In this document: one piece after another, positions 1-12,850 of the stretch
How positions within the stretch are numbered: the stretch's first letter is position 1
Layout of the letters: each line of letters starts with the position of its first letter
Assembly (NCBI GenBank): GCA_044344255.1
Contig: JBIJDH010000017.1
Location: forward strand, 119,728 to 183,727
Direction of reading: 5' to 3'
Length of the DNA stretch: 64,000 nt
DNA from: Myxococcota bacterium
Lineage (GTDB): Bacteria; Myxococcota_A; UBA796; UBA2385
The notes under the pieces: generated by a model
Told to the model about the DNA's origin: nothing
The model's input: only the letters and a program-made list of their open reading frames with translations
Databases searched by the model: none
Position numbers and translations under genes: made by a program

Positions 1-985
1 GCTCGCAGACGACGCGCTCCTCGAGGGCCTCGGCGTCCGTACCGTGGGGGCTTTCGCCGCCCTCGACACCGCGTCTCTCGTGGGGCGCCTGAGCCCCCTC
101 GGGGTCGCCCAGCACGCCCTCGCCCGAGGGGCCGTGCGCCAGCCCCTGCTGGCCCCGCAGGCCGAAGACACGCTCATCTCTCTCCTTCAGGAGCTCCCCG
201 ATCCGGTGAGCGAGCTCGAGGCCCTGCTCTTTGTGATCCAGGCGCTGCTGCGCGAGGCGACCCTTCGCCTCACCCTGCGGGCCGCCGCGGTGAGCCGCGT
301 CCTGCTGCGCTTCGAGCTCGATGATGGGGCACACCAGGAGCAGTCCGTCCGCCTGGGAGAGCCGAGCCGCGATCCCCGCCGGATCCTCACCCTCCTCCGC
401 GAGCGGCTGGAGCGCTTCAAGCTCGCCCGCCCGGTCGTCGGCCTCCGCCTGGAGCTCCCCGAGCCCGCCCCCTTCGACGGCCGCCAGCAAGACCTCCTCT
501 CTCGCCACCGCGAGCAGGAGCGCCGGGCCGACCTCACCGCCCGCCTCGAGGACGCCCTCGGGCCTGGCGCCCTCATCAAGCCCCGCCTCGCCGACCGCCA
601 CCGCCCCGAGGCGGCCTGGGCGCCCGCCACCAGCCTCAGCGCCCCGCCCCCGCGTGAGGGGCCGTTGAGCGCGGCCCTCCGCGACGATCCGGTCCAGGAG
701 TGGCTCGGCTGGCCTGAGCCCGAAGGACCGAGCCGCCCGCCGCTCCTCCTCCACGCCCCCGAGGCCATCGAGGTCGAGCGACAAGGCATCGCCCCCACGG
801 CGGTCCACCTCGGCGGGGGCTGGCTGCCGGTCCGCGGCGCCGAGGGCCCCGAGCGCCTCGCCGGCGAGTGGTGGGAGAGCGCCTTCGAGCGAGAATATTG
901 GCAGCTCCACCTCATCGACGGGCGGAGGGCCTGGGTCTATCGGGAGGACGGCCGCTGGTACCTCCACGGCTGGTGGGACCGATAG
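1..985 (+). CDS. imuB: ImuB-like inactive Y-family DNA polymerase, C-terminal part (5' truncated by the window)
   Basis: C-terminal ERLAGEWW...REYWQ...AWVYREDGRWYLHGWWD and DRHRPE motifs typical of ImuB; the frame is open back to the window start. Confidence 0.85.
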   Translation, partial: LADDALLEGLGVRTVGAFAALDTASLVGRLSPLGVAQHALARGAVRQPLLAPQAEDTLISLLQELPDPVSELEALLFVIQALLREATLRLTLRAAAVSRVLLRFELDDGAHQEQSVRLGEPSRDPRRILTLLRERLERFKLARPVVGLRLELPEPAPFDGRQQDLLSRHREQERRADLTARLEDALGPGALIKPRLADRHRPEAAWAPATSLSAPPPREGPLSAALRDDPVQEWLGWPEPEGPSRPPLLLHAPEAIEVERQGIAPTAVHLGGGWLPVRGAEGPERLAGEWWESAFEREYWQLHLIDGRRAWVYREDGRWYLHGWWDR

Positions 986-1014
986 GGAGGCCTAGCCAGC
1001 CCGAGGGCGCCGGC

Positions 1015-1845
1015 CTATCGGGCGGACTCCGCCGCGAGGGCGGCGGCCCAGAAGGGCGCCGCCTCTGCCAGGGTGCTCACGTAGCCGCGCACGTCGTCCC
1101 GGGCCTGAGGCGACAGCGCCGCGAAGGGGACCACGTGCTCCTCCGGCACATACCGAAAGGTGAAGTTCACCCGCCGCGTCGAGAACCCTGCGATCTCCGG
1201 CGGGAAGGGCGCGTCGGCCCTTCGGTCGACCCGCTGCACCCGGTGGAACGCGGTGTCCTTCCAGTAGGGCCCAGCGAAGACCTGCAGACTGCGGTCTTCG
1301 AGCCACTGGTGGCGGAGCTCCTCGCCCTTTCCCGTCGTGAACTGAAAATAGGCGCGGGCGCCCAGCGAGACCGAGGCCACCGGCCCGGGCTCGAAGTCAC
1401 GGTGAGCCCCCACACGGGCGGTGTCCTCCTTCCTTCCGTCGGCGAGGAGCTTGTCCCCGTAGAAATTCACGAGGCAGGTGTTCAGCTTCCAGCCAACCGG
1501 CACATAGGGCTTGGGCATCGTGCGCCGCACGAGCGCCTCCACCCGATCGACCCAGGCCCGCAGCGGCGGCGGGAAGGGCTCGGCGGCGACGCAGCGGTCC
1601 CGCAGGCCCTTCGGTGGGTGGTAGTAGCCGAGGCAGGCAAACTGCCAGTTCCCGAGCCAATAGACCGGGCGCTGCAAGGCCCGCTGCTCCTCGCGCGGCG
1701 GCGGTGGCCGGAGCGTGGAGAAGCGCATCTCCCAGAGGGGCCGGAGGGTGGCCAGCCACTCCAGGGTGGCGACGCGCTCGGCCGGGGTGACAAAGCCCGC
1801 TTGGAGACGGACACCAGCGGGATCGGGGAGGATGCGGGGGGGCAT
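1015..1845 (-). CDS. AlkB-family 2-oxoglutarate/Fe(II) dioxygenase
   Basis: LNTCLVNFY, HRD (HxD), VSLGA, FHRV, RRVNFTFR motifs; start taken at the ATG of MPPRILP (ORF extends to 1869). Confidence 0.85.
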   Translation of the reverse strand: MPPRILPDPAGVRLQAGFVTPAERVATLEWLATLRPLWEMRFSTLRPPPPREEQRALQRPVYWLGNWQFACLGYYHPPKGLRDRCVAAEPFPPPLRAWVDRVEALVRRTMPKPYVPVGWKLNTCLVNFYGDKLLADGRKEDTARVGAHRDFEPGPVASVSLGARAYFQFTTGKGEELRHQWLEDRSLQVFAGPYWKDTAFHRVQRVDRRADAPFPPEIAGFSTRRVNFTFRYVPEEHVVPFAALSPQARDDVRGYVSTLAEAAPFWAAALAAESAR

Positions 1846-1891
1846 GGCCCGCCCGCCTATCCCACCCACCCCTCCGCCGACATGCGCCCGA

Positions 1892-5476
<3,585 letters not shown>

Positions 5477-5552
5477 GAGCGCCTCCAGGGGCACATCCTA
5501 CATCGGGAGGCACCCCGCTGGCGAGCCCACCCCGGACCGTCGAAGCGGCGAC

Positions 5553-7061
5553 TCAGAGCGGACCGAAGAGGCCGGTCGAGCTCGATTTGTCGCCCTGGAA
5601 AGCCACCGTCAGGTACCGCTGGCCGTGGAGCGTGCCGACGCTGAGCCCCGCCACCTCCATGTCCACGGGGCTGCTCGCCACCCACTCGAGTACGCCCTGC
5701 CGCCAGAGCCAGAGGCGGCTGCGCCGGTCGTCGTTCTTGGTCGTGTCCTCCGCGATGAAGAGGCCCACGCCGGGGACGAAGGTGATGTTGTCGGCGTTGT
5801 TGACGCCCTCCCCCACCTCCACCCGATAGGCGGTGGCCACGCCCTGGTCGTCGAGGGCGAGGGCGAGGACGAGGCCGGCGTCGGGCTCGGGGAGGCCGTG
5901 GGGCTTCCCCTTCATCGGCGCCTTCACCGAGGACAGCACGAGGTAGAGCGTGTCTCCGTCGAGCGTGAGGCCCTCGGACTTGGTGAGCCAGGTGGTGGCG
6001 CCCAGCAGGGCCGCGTACCGACGCGTCTCGAGGCGGCTGGCGAGGCGATCTTGGCCGGGCCGGACGCGGAGGCACTCTCGCCCCGTCATCGTCTCGGTGC
6101 GGGTGAAGCCAGCGGGGCACTCCGCGGCGATGACCCGATCGAAGAGCTCCGAGAAGGAGGGTCGGGCGCTGAGCTCGGCGTCTGAGGCGTGTCCGAGCGA
6201 GATCCAGGAGATCTGCCCCTGCTCGAGGATCGCGGCGAAGAGCTCTCCGGCGGAGAGGTCATCAGGGCGGTCGGCGACGAACCGAAAGAGGCCCCCGCCT
6301 CCCACCTGAACGCCAGCGTCGCTCGGGAGGTAGGTGTCATCCGTGAGATAGACCGTGCGCCGATCTTCGAGCACGAGGCCGAGCTCGTGGGAGAAGCGCC
6401 CCAGGGTGGGGTGGGGGATCACACCGAAGCTGACCGGCTCTATCTCGAACATCCACCCATAATCATAGGGGGAGCGAGGCTCTATCTCGTTGTAGCCGTG
6501 GTCGGGCACGGTCTCGAGAGGCTCTTCCGGCGTGGCACGCCCGCGGTCGGCGGTCTTGGCCATCCTCTGGTCAGACCCAACGATCGCGGCGTCCGGCTCG
6601 TACTCCTCGCTGCCGAGGTGGCTGCCCCAAGGCGTGACCGAGGCGGCGCAGTGGATGTAGCCGCCCTGGAGCACGCGGAGATCGATGGGCGCGGTCTCGA
6701 CGGGCACCAAGTCCGCGCTCAGGCGGGTCCGCCAGATGCCCCCCTCCGGTCGCTCGAGGTGGCTGATGAGCCACGCTCCGCCGAGGAGGGTGCTGCCGTC
6801 GATGGCCTGGGACCCCATGCCGGCGGGCGCGAACACATCGGCCCCCACCCTCTGCTCGGTGTGCAGCAGAGGGTGCCACTCAAAGCCGAGCGCCTGCAGA
6901 TCACCGAGGATGACCTCCTCCGCAGCGCCAGCGGGGGTCGCCGGTTGAGCGGGGCGCTCGGGCGGCGTGGCGCCCTTCCCACAGGACCCGCCGAGGAGGG
7001 AGGTCCAGAGGCCGAAGGACAACCAGAGGCCGACGGGCGAGGATGCGGGGAGGAGGTTCAT
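5553..7061 (-). CDS. phoX: PhoX-family alkaline phosphatase (DUF839), probable lipoprotein
   Basis: CAASVTPWGSHLGSEEY, LGRFSHE, NADNI, IAED motifs; hydrophobic leader ending GGSC; start at the ATG of MNLLP. Confidence 0.8.
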   Translation of the reverse strand: MNLLPASSPVGLWLSFGLWTSLLGGSCGKGATPPERPAQPATPAGAAEEVILGDLQALGFEWHPLLHTEQRVGADVFAPAGMGSQAIDGSTLLGGAWLISHLERPEGGIWRTRLSADLVPVETAPIDLRVLQGGYIHCAASVTPWGSHLGSEEYEPDAAIVGSDQRMAKTADRGRATPEEPLETVPDHGYNEIEPRSPYDYGWMFEIEPVSFGVIPHPTLGRFSHELGLVLEDRRTVYLTDDTYLPSDAGVQVGGGGLFRFVADRPDDLSAGELFAAILEQGQISWISLGHASDAELSARPSFSELFDRVIAAECPAGFTRTETMTGRECLRVRPGQDRLASRLETRRYAALLGATTWLTKSEGLTLDGDTLYLVLSSVKAPMKGKPHGLPEPDAGLVLALALDDQGVATAYRVEVGEGVNNADNITFVPGVGLFIAEDTTKNDDRRSRLWLWRQGVLEWVASSPVDMEVAGLSVGTLHGQRYLTVAFQGDKSSSTGLFGPL

Positions 7062-7065
7062 TCGC

Positions 7066-8274
7066 CTACCGGCTCGACCAGGCGCGCAGGCCTCGACCGA
7101 GCACCCCGATCGCTCGCCGGAGCGTGGCCTCGTCCCGGACGGCGGCGAGGCGAATCTCATCCCGCCCGTCCGCCGGGTTGGCATAGAAGCCCGGGCCCGG
7201 CGCGACCACCACGCTCTCTGTGAGTCCGCCATAGAAGGCGTCTCTAGCCTCGTCACGGAACTCCTCGACGAGGAAGCGAGCGAAGGCCTCGGTGTCGGGC
7301 ACGGGCAGTCGCACCATCGTGTAGAAGGCGCCCTCCGGGTGATGGAAGAACACACCGGGGACCTCGGCCAGCGCCCCCATCATCGCGTCCACGCGGCCCC
7401 GATAGACCGCCCGGACCTCATCATAATAGGCGCTCGGCAGGGACAGCGCGGCGATGGCGGCGCGCTGGCCGCGGGGCTGGGTGCCGAGGCGGGCCTGACC
7501 CAAGCGCTCGATCCGCTCCATCAGCTCGAGGTTGCGGGAGATGAGGAAGCCCACCCGGAGCCCGCAGGAGGAGAAGGTCTTGGAGGTGGAGTCGACCACG
7601 ATGACGTGGTCTTCGTGCCCTGCGAGCTGGAGGGCCGACAGGGGCGGCTCCTTAAACCAGATCGCCCGATAGACCTCGTCGGCCACCAGCCAGATCCCGT
7701 TCCGCTTCGCCCAGGCCGCGACCCGCCGAAGCTGGTCGGCGCCATAGACCGCACCCGTCGGATTGCCGGGGTTGGCGAAGAGGAACATGCGAGTTCGCGG
7801 GGTGAGCGCGCGATCAAGGGCCTCATCCGAGGGGAGCGCGAAGCCGTCGTCGAGGCCCGTGCGCAGGGGCACCACCCGAGCGGCAGCGACGGTCGCGAAG
7901 CCGTTGTAGTTGGTGTAATACGGCTCGGGCACGAGGATCTCATCGCCGGGGTCGCAGAGCGCGGTCATGGCGAAGAGCAACGCCTCGGAGCCACCCTGGG
8001 TGACCACGACGTGCTCGGCGGTGAGGCCGGGGCTCGTGGCGGCGTGGTAGGACGCGGCGGCGGCGCGACAGTCGGGGAGACCCGAGGCGGGCCCATACGC
8101 GAGCACCGGCCCCTCCTCCCGGGCGAGCGCCTCCATCACCGGGCGCGGGGTGGGGACGTCGGGCTGGCCGATGTTGAGGCGGTGGAAGTGCACACCCTTG
8201 GCCCGGCCGACCGCCGCGTCGAGCTTCCGAATCGCCGATTCTTGGATGGTCCGCGCGCGCTCCGAGATGTGCAT
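7066..8274 (-). CDS. Class I/II PLP-dependent aminotransferase (aspartate aminotransferase-like)
   Basis: LNIGQPD, NPGNPTG, ADEVY, STSKTFSSCGLRVG (PLP Lys) motifs. Confidence 0.92.
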   Translation of the reverse strand: MHISERARTIQESAIRKLDAAVGRAKGVHFHRLNIGQPDVPTPRPVMEALAREEGPVLAYGPASGLPDCRAAAASYHAATSPGLTAEHVVVTQGGSEALLFAMTALCDPGDEILVPEPYYTNYNGFATVAAARVVPLRTGLDDGFALPSDEALDRALTPRTRMFLFANPGNPTGAVYGADQLRRVAAWAKRNGIWLVADEVYRAIWFKEPPLSALQLAGHEDHVIVVDSTSKTFSSCGLRVGFLISRNLELMERIERLGQARLGTQPRGQRAAIAALSLPSAYYDEVRAVYRGRVDAMMGALAEVPGVFFHHPEGAFYTMVRLPVPDTEAFARFLVEEFRDEARDAFYGGLTESVVVAPGPGFYANPADGRDEIRLAAVRDEATLRRAIGVLGRGLRAWSSR

Positions 8275-8376
8275 TCCGTCTCCATGAGGTGAGCCGAGGC
8301 CGCCATGCGGCCCCCGAGGCTCCGGGGGCGCGGACTATCGCAGGCGGCGACGGGGGTGCGCAAGGCCCCCCGAGGC

Positions 8377-10053
8377 TCACCCGAGGCCGATGATGCGCCC
8401 GTCCACGACGTCGATGGTCTCGGCGGCGGGGTGACGCGGGAGGCCCGGCATCCGAACGATCTCGCCTGCGAGGGCCACGATGAAGCCGGCCCCGGCGTTG
8501 AGGCGGAGCCCCCGCACCGTGACGTCGAAGTCGGTCGGGCGCCCCCGGAGCTTCGGGTCATCCGAGACAGAGGACTGGGTCTTGGCGACGCAGACCGGCA
8601 GCGCGCCAAAGCCCATCCGCGCGATCTCGCGCGCCTCCCCCTGGGCCGCCTTCGTCAGCACCACCCCTCGGGCCCCATAGACCTGCCGAGCGATGGCCTC
8701 GAGCTTCTGGAGGATACCCTGATCGGGCCGCTGCACGGCCCTCACCGGGCGCGGCGCGGCGACCTCGACGAGGCGATCGGCGAGGGCGAGCGCCCCCTCC
8801 CCGCCCTTGGCGTAGTGGTCGGAGCAGGCCGCGGCGACCCCGCGCTCCAAGCAGCGCTGGAGGATGACCTCGACCTCCTCATCCGTGTCGGCGAAGTGGC
8901 GGTTGACCGCCACCACAGGGGTCAGTCCATAGACCGCGACGCTGTCGAGGTGCCGCTCCAGGTTGACCAGCCCGGTCCGGACGGCCTCGGGGTTGGGGAG
9001 CTTGAGGTCACTCAGCTCGACCCCGCCGTGCATCTTCATCGCGCGGACGGTGGTGACGACCACCACCGCGGCGACCTCGAAGCCGCCCAGCGCGCACTTG
9101 ATGTCGAGGAACTTCTCGCCACCGAGGTCAAAGCCGAAGCCCGCCTCGGTGAGCACCCACTCCGCGTGATGCAGGGCCATGCGGGTGGCGAGGATGCTGT
9201 TGCAGCCGTGCGCGATGTTGGCGAAGGGCCCGCCGTGGACGAAGGCCGGAGTGCCCTCTGCGCTCTGGACGAGGTTGGGGCGGAGGGCGTCGCGCAGCAG
9301 GGCCAGCACGGCGCCCGTGCAGCCGAGCTGGCGCCCGCGGACCGGTCTGCCGTCGCGGTCAAAGCCGACGAGGATGTCGTCGATGCGTCGCCGGAGATCG
9401 TCCATGTCGGTAGACAGACAGAGGATCGCCATGATCTCGGAGGCGGCGGTGATATCGAAGCTGGCCTGACGGGGAATTCCATCCGCGGTCCCGCCGAGCC
9501 CGACGACGATGTCACGCAGGGCCCGATCGTTCATGTCGAGCACGCGCGGCCAACGAACACGGCGAGGATCGAGGCGAAGCTCGGTGTCGAAGTGGAGGTG
9601 ATTGTCCACCACCGCCGAGATCAGGTTGTGCGCTGAGGTGATGGCGTGGAAGTCACCGTTGAAGTGCAGGTTGATCTCCGCCGAGGGGACGAGGTGGGCC
9701 TTTCCCCCCCCTGTACCTCCGCCCTTCACGCCGAAGCAGGGGCCGAGGGACGGCTCCCGCAGCGCGAGGCAGACCGAGCGCCCCTGTCGCCGGAGGGCGT
9801 CGCCGAGGCCGATCGTGGTGGTCGTCTTGCCCTCGCCTGCAGGCGTCGGGGTGATCGCGGAGACCAGCACCAGCTTGGGGGGCCCAGCGGCCCGTCGAGG
9901 GCGATCGAGGAGGTCGAGCCCGACCTTCGCCTTGTCCTCGCCGTAGGGAATGAAGGCTCCCACCCCGAGCTCTGCCGCCACCTCGGCGATGGGGCGCGGA
10001 GCCAGCGCCCCAGCCCCGCCTTCCTCGCTGAACAAACCCACATCTGTTGACAT
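8377..10053 (-). CDS. fhs: Formate--tetrahydrofolate ligase
   Basis: TPTPAGEGKTTT, LREPSLGP, KGGGTGGG, INLHFNGD, HGGPFANIAHGCNS, EAGFGFDLGGEKF, MPGLP signatures. Confidence 0.97.
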   Translation of the reverse strand: MSTDVGLFSEEGGAGALAPRPIAEVAAELGVGAFIPYGEDKAKVGLDLLDRPRRAAGPPKLVLVSAITPTPAGEGKTTTTIGLGDALRRQGRSVCLALREPSLGPCFGVKGGGTGGGKAHLVPSAEINLHFNGDFHAITSAHNLISAVVDNHLHFDTELRLDPRRVRWPRVLDMNDRALRDIVVGLGGTADGIPRQASFDITAASEIMAILCLSTDMDDLRRRIDDILVGFDRDGRPVRGRQLGCTGAVLALLRDALRPNLVQSAEGTPAFVHGGPFANIAHGCNSILATRMALHHAEWVLTEAGFGFDLGGEKFLDIKCALGGFEVAAVVVVTTVRAMKMHGGVELSDLKLPNPEAVRTGLVNLERHLDSVAVYGLTPVVAVNRHFADTDEEVEVILQRCLERGVAAACSDHYAKGGEGALALADRLVEVAAPRPVRAVQRPDQGILQKLEAIARQVYGARGVVLTKAAQGEAREIARMGFGALPVCVAKTQSSVSDDPKLRGRPTDFDVTVRGLRLNAGAGFIVALAGEIVRMPGLPRHPAAETIDVVDGRIIGLG

Positions 10054-10266
10054 GAACACCTCCGCGACGCTACGCCGCCGCTTCGGCTTACTCCACCGCG
10101 GCCCGATCGGAAAGGCTATCGAAGCCGGTTGACGGGCGACCGGCCCGCGGTCAGGATACCCTCCGGCGCCAGAATTTTTGGGAGGGTGAAGGCGATCCGA
10201 ACGATGACGAGAGGGGAGGGCACATCGAGTCGGTGCAGCGACGTCGCCGCCCGCTCGCCGGGGACG

Positions 10267-10725
10267 GTGACGAGTAACGCGGCGGATCAGCCCGACTTCC
10301 TGCCGGAGGTCACCCCCCCCCTCCGTCCCCAGCGGCAGCGGGTCCGGGCCGCCCTGGCGGTCGTTTTGCCCGTCGGCCTCGCGCTCAGCGCGTGGTCGGC
10401 GCCCGCCGATCTCTGGCTGCAGGCCCGGCTGGCCGAGGGGCTCGCCGGCCTCGGTCTCACCAAGAGCCCGGCGAGCGCCCTCCCGGACGAGGTGGCGGCC
10501 GTGCTGGCGATGTTCGTCGCCCTGGGCACCTACACGATCGGGCGGCTCATCCCGTCAGCGCTGCGCCTCCTCGCCCTCCTCTTGCCCCTGACCTGCGCCG
10601 CCGCGGCGAGCCTCGCCGCCCTCCTCGATGTGCGAGTGGCCTTCCTCCCTTGCCTGGTCGCAGGGCTCCTCGGACTCCACGCCGCGCGAGATGTGACCGA
10701 CGCGTCGCGGAGACCGGCGCGATGA
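10267..10725 (+). CDS. Hypothetical membrane protein (about 4 TM)
   Basis: Hydrophobic segments; stop overlaps the next ATG (ATGA 10722-10725); start uncertain (ORF open from 10129). Confidence 0.55.
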   Translation: MTSNAADQPDFLPEVTPPLRPQRQRVRAALAVVLPVGLALSAWSAPADLWLQARLAEGLAGLGLTKSPASALPDEVAAVLAMFVALGTYTIGRLIPSALRLLALLLPLTCAAAASLAALLDVRVAFLPCLVAGLLGLHAARDVTDASRRPAR

Positions 10726-11903
10726 CCGAGGCGCCGCCGCCCCCCTCGCCTCGGACCCTGCGCGACCACCTGCGGGCCGCCGCTCCGCGGGACTTCGCGA
10801 CCGCGGAGGCCCTCCGCGAGCTGATCCGCGCGCTGCGCAGCCACCGAAGGCGCTCCGGCGCCCTCCCCCGCTGTGACGGCCGCGCCGCGCTCGACCAGGC
10901 CCTCGACCTCGTCCCGGAGGTGGACGAGGCCCTGGCCATCGAGGTCGCCGCCCTCAAGTCCGGGCTCCGCGCCCTCCTCCGCGAGCCCCTGTCCGACCTC
11001 GAGCGGGAGGCGGTGGCCGCAGAGGCCGACGGCCGCATCGAGCGCCTCGTGCCCCTGCTCGTCCCCGAGGCCGTCGAGCTCAAGGTGGAGGGCCTACCCG
11101 ACGATCTAGACGACGACGGCTATCTCGCCCTGGTCGGGGTCCCCCGCGGCGCCCGCCTCTACCTCCCCGCCCTCGACGCCCGACGCCTCATCCACCGCCT
11201 GGATGGCCTCGTGCTCGCGGGCTGCACCGCCCGGGTGCAGGTGGAGGGGGGCCCCGACCTCCGCCTCCCTCCCCTCCCCCGCGGCGAGCGCTTCGACCGC
11301 GGCACTGTCGAACGGGACGATCCGTGGCTGCGCCACTTGGACGACGAGGGGCGCTTCTCGCTCACCCCGCGGTCGATCGCCGACGGACAGGCCCGCCGGC
11401 TCTCCGCGTCCACGGTCATCGACGGCACCGCGGGCTGCGGCGGCAACACCGTGGCCCTGGCCCGGGCGGGCAAGCGGGTCATCGCCGTCGAGCGTGATCC
11501 CCACCGCCTGCGGCTCTGCCGACAGAACCTAGAGGAGGCTGGCCTGCTCAGCCGGGTCGAGCTGCTCCACGGCGATCACGCCCGACTGCTCCCCGCCCTC
11601 CAGCGCGAGCACCCCGCGGCGGCGCTGCTGCTCGATCCGCCCTGGGGCGGACGGGACCGCCTGTTCACGCGCTGGGCTGAGCTCTTCGCAGACCCCGCCC
11701 GGGTCCTGGCTCGGCTCGAGGCCGCCCCGGAGGTCCTGCTGAAGCTCCCGAGGGCCTTCGACATCACCACCCTCCCTGCGCGGGCCGGCGGCTGGACGGT
11801 GCGCTATGAACGAGGAGCCCCCAGCACTCCCGCCGCTCGCATCATCAAGATGTTGACCGTCCACTCCGCAGCCGGGCCGCGGGGGGGACGCTCGCGCGGT
11901 TGA
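10722..11903 (+). CDS. SAM-dependent methyltransferase resembling RNA-cap guanine-N2 methyltransferase TGS1, with N-terminal extension
   Basis: LDDEGRFSLTP, VIDGTAGCGGNT, VIAVERD, GD, LLDPPWGG, LKLPR motifs. Confidence 0.75.
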   Translation: MTEAPPPPSPRTLRDHLRAAAPRDFATAEALRELIRALRSHRRRSGALPRCDGRAALDQALDLVPEVDEALAIEVAALKSGLRALLREPLSDLEREAVAAEADGRIERLVPLLVPEAVELKVEGLPDDLDDDGYLALVGVPRGARLYLPALDARRLIHRLDGLVLAGCTARVQVEGGPDLRLPPLPRGERFDRGTVERDDPWLRHLDDEGRFSLTPRSIADGQARRLSASTVIDGTAGCGGNTVALARAGKRVIAVERDPHRLRLCRQNLEEAGLLSRVELLHGDHARLLPALQREHPAAALLLDPPWGGRDRLFTRWAELFADPARVLARLEAAPEVLLKLPRAFDITTLPARAGGWTVRYERGAPSTPAARIIKMLTVHSAAGPRGGRSRG

Positions 11904-11920
11904 CCCGTGTCGGAGAGACG

Positions 11921-12829
11921 ATGCCCCTGCCCTCCCTGCTCCTCACCCTCGGCCTGCTCACCTCCCCGGCGAGCGCCGCGTCCCGACTGACCCTCGCCCT
12001 CGACGAGCCTGTGATGGTGGTGATCGACGGCGCGATGGTCAGCACGACGATGGGCGGCCAGAAGGCGGTGCTGAGCGCCATGCAGCCGGGGCCGCACCCG
12101 GTGGAGATCCGCTCGCCCGACGGCAAGCCGCTCTACGTCGGGCGCCTCGACATGCCCGACAACTCCGAGGTCACCGCGCGCTTCACCCGCGGCATCGGCC
12201 TGACCGTGACCGGCGGCGGCGCCCACGCCCAGGAGACGACCGCCACCTCGGCCACCTTCGTCGCCGGCGGCACGCCCACAAACACCGCCCGCAGCGCCGA
12301 GGCCACCCCCAGCGCCGGCTCGCCGGCGGGCACGGGCAAGACGACGGTCTCGGCGGTGCGGGACACCGTGGGCAGCGCGGCGCTGGTCGCGGGGACGGTG
12401 GTGGCGCCGGTCAGCACCTTCGTGGCCACCAATGTGGTGCCCGGCGCGGCGAGCTCGGTGGGCTCGATGGTGCGCAACGCCGACGCCGGCGGGCTCGACG
12501 CCATCCGCGGCGGCCCCACCGCGTTTCGCCAGGGGCGCCCCATTCCCCCCAAGGTGCCCACCGGCTACGTCGAGATGGTCAGCGCCCGCGGCGAGCCCGC
12601 GCTGGTCTTCCTCGAGGGCTTCCTCATCGCCGACATGCGCAACGGCGCCAAGCGGAAGGTGCAGCTCGAGGTCGGGCGACACCTGATCGAGATCTGGGAC
12701 GGAGAGACCCAGCTCGTTCGCTGGAAGGGCGTGGTGGAGGTCCAGAAGAACACGGCCTTCCAGCTCGTGTTCACCGACGAGATCGCGCCCTACTCCCCTG
12801 ACCGCTCTTGGGCCTGGTCCGAGCGCTGA
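11921..12829 (+). CDS. Secreted hypothetical protein with two PEGA-like beta domains and a Thr/Ala-rich linker
   Basis: Signal peptide ending ASA; V.IDG...PGPHPVEI and VFLEG...GRHLIEI repeats. Confidence 0.6.
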   Translation: MPLPSLLLTLGLLTSPASAASRLTLALDEPVMVVIDGAMVSTTMGGQKAVLSAMQPGPHPVEIRSPDGKPLYVGRLDMPDNSEVTARFTRGIGLTVTGGGAHAQETTATSATFVAGGTPTNTARSAEATPSAGSPAGTGKTTVSAVRDTVGSAALVAGTVVAPVSTFVATNVVPGAASSVGSMVRNADAGGLDAIRGGPTAFRQGRPIPPKVPTGYVEMVSARGEPALVFLEGFLIADMRNGAKRKVQLEVGRHLIEIWDGETQLVRWKGVVEVQKNTAFQLVFTDEIAPYSPDRSWAWSER

Positions 12830-12850
12830 GCCCACTCCGGCCCCGCCGGC

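Noticed and set aside
10054..10270. ZTP or THF riboswitch upstream of fhs
   Set aside because: I could not find the conserved ZTP elements (e.g. the 3' CGCCTGGGC pseudoknot strand) or a THF-like fold on the minus strand; an Rfam scan would settle it
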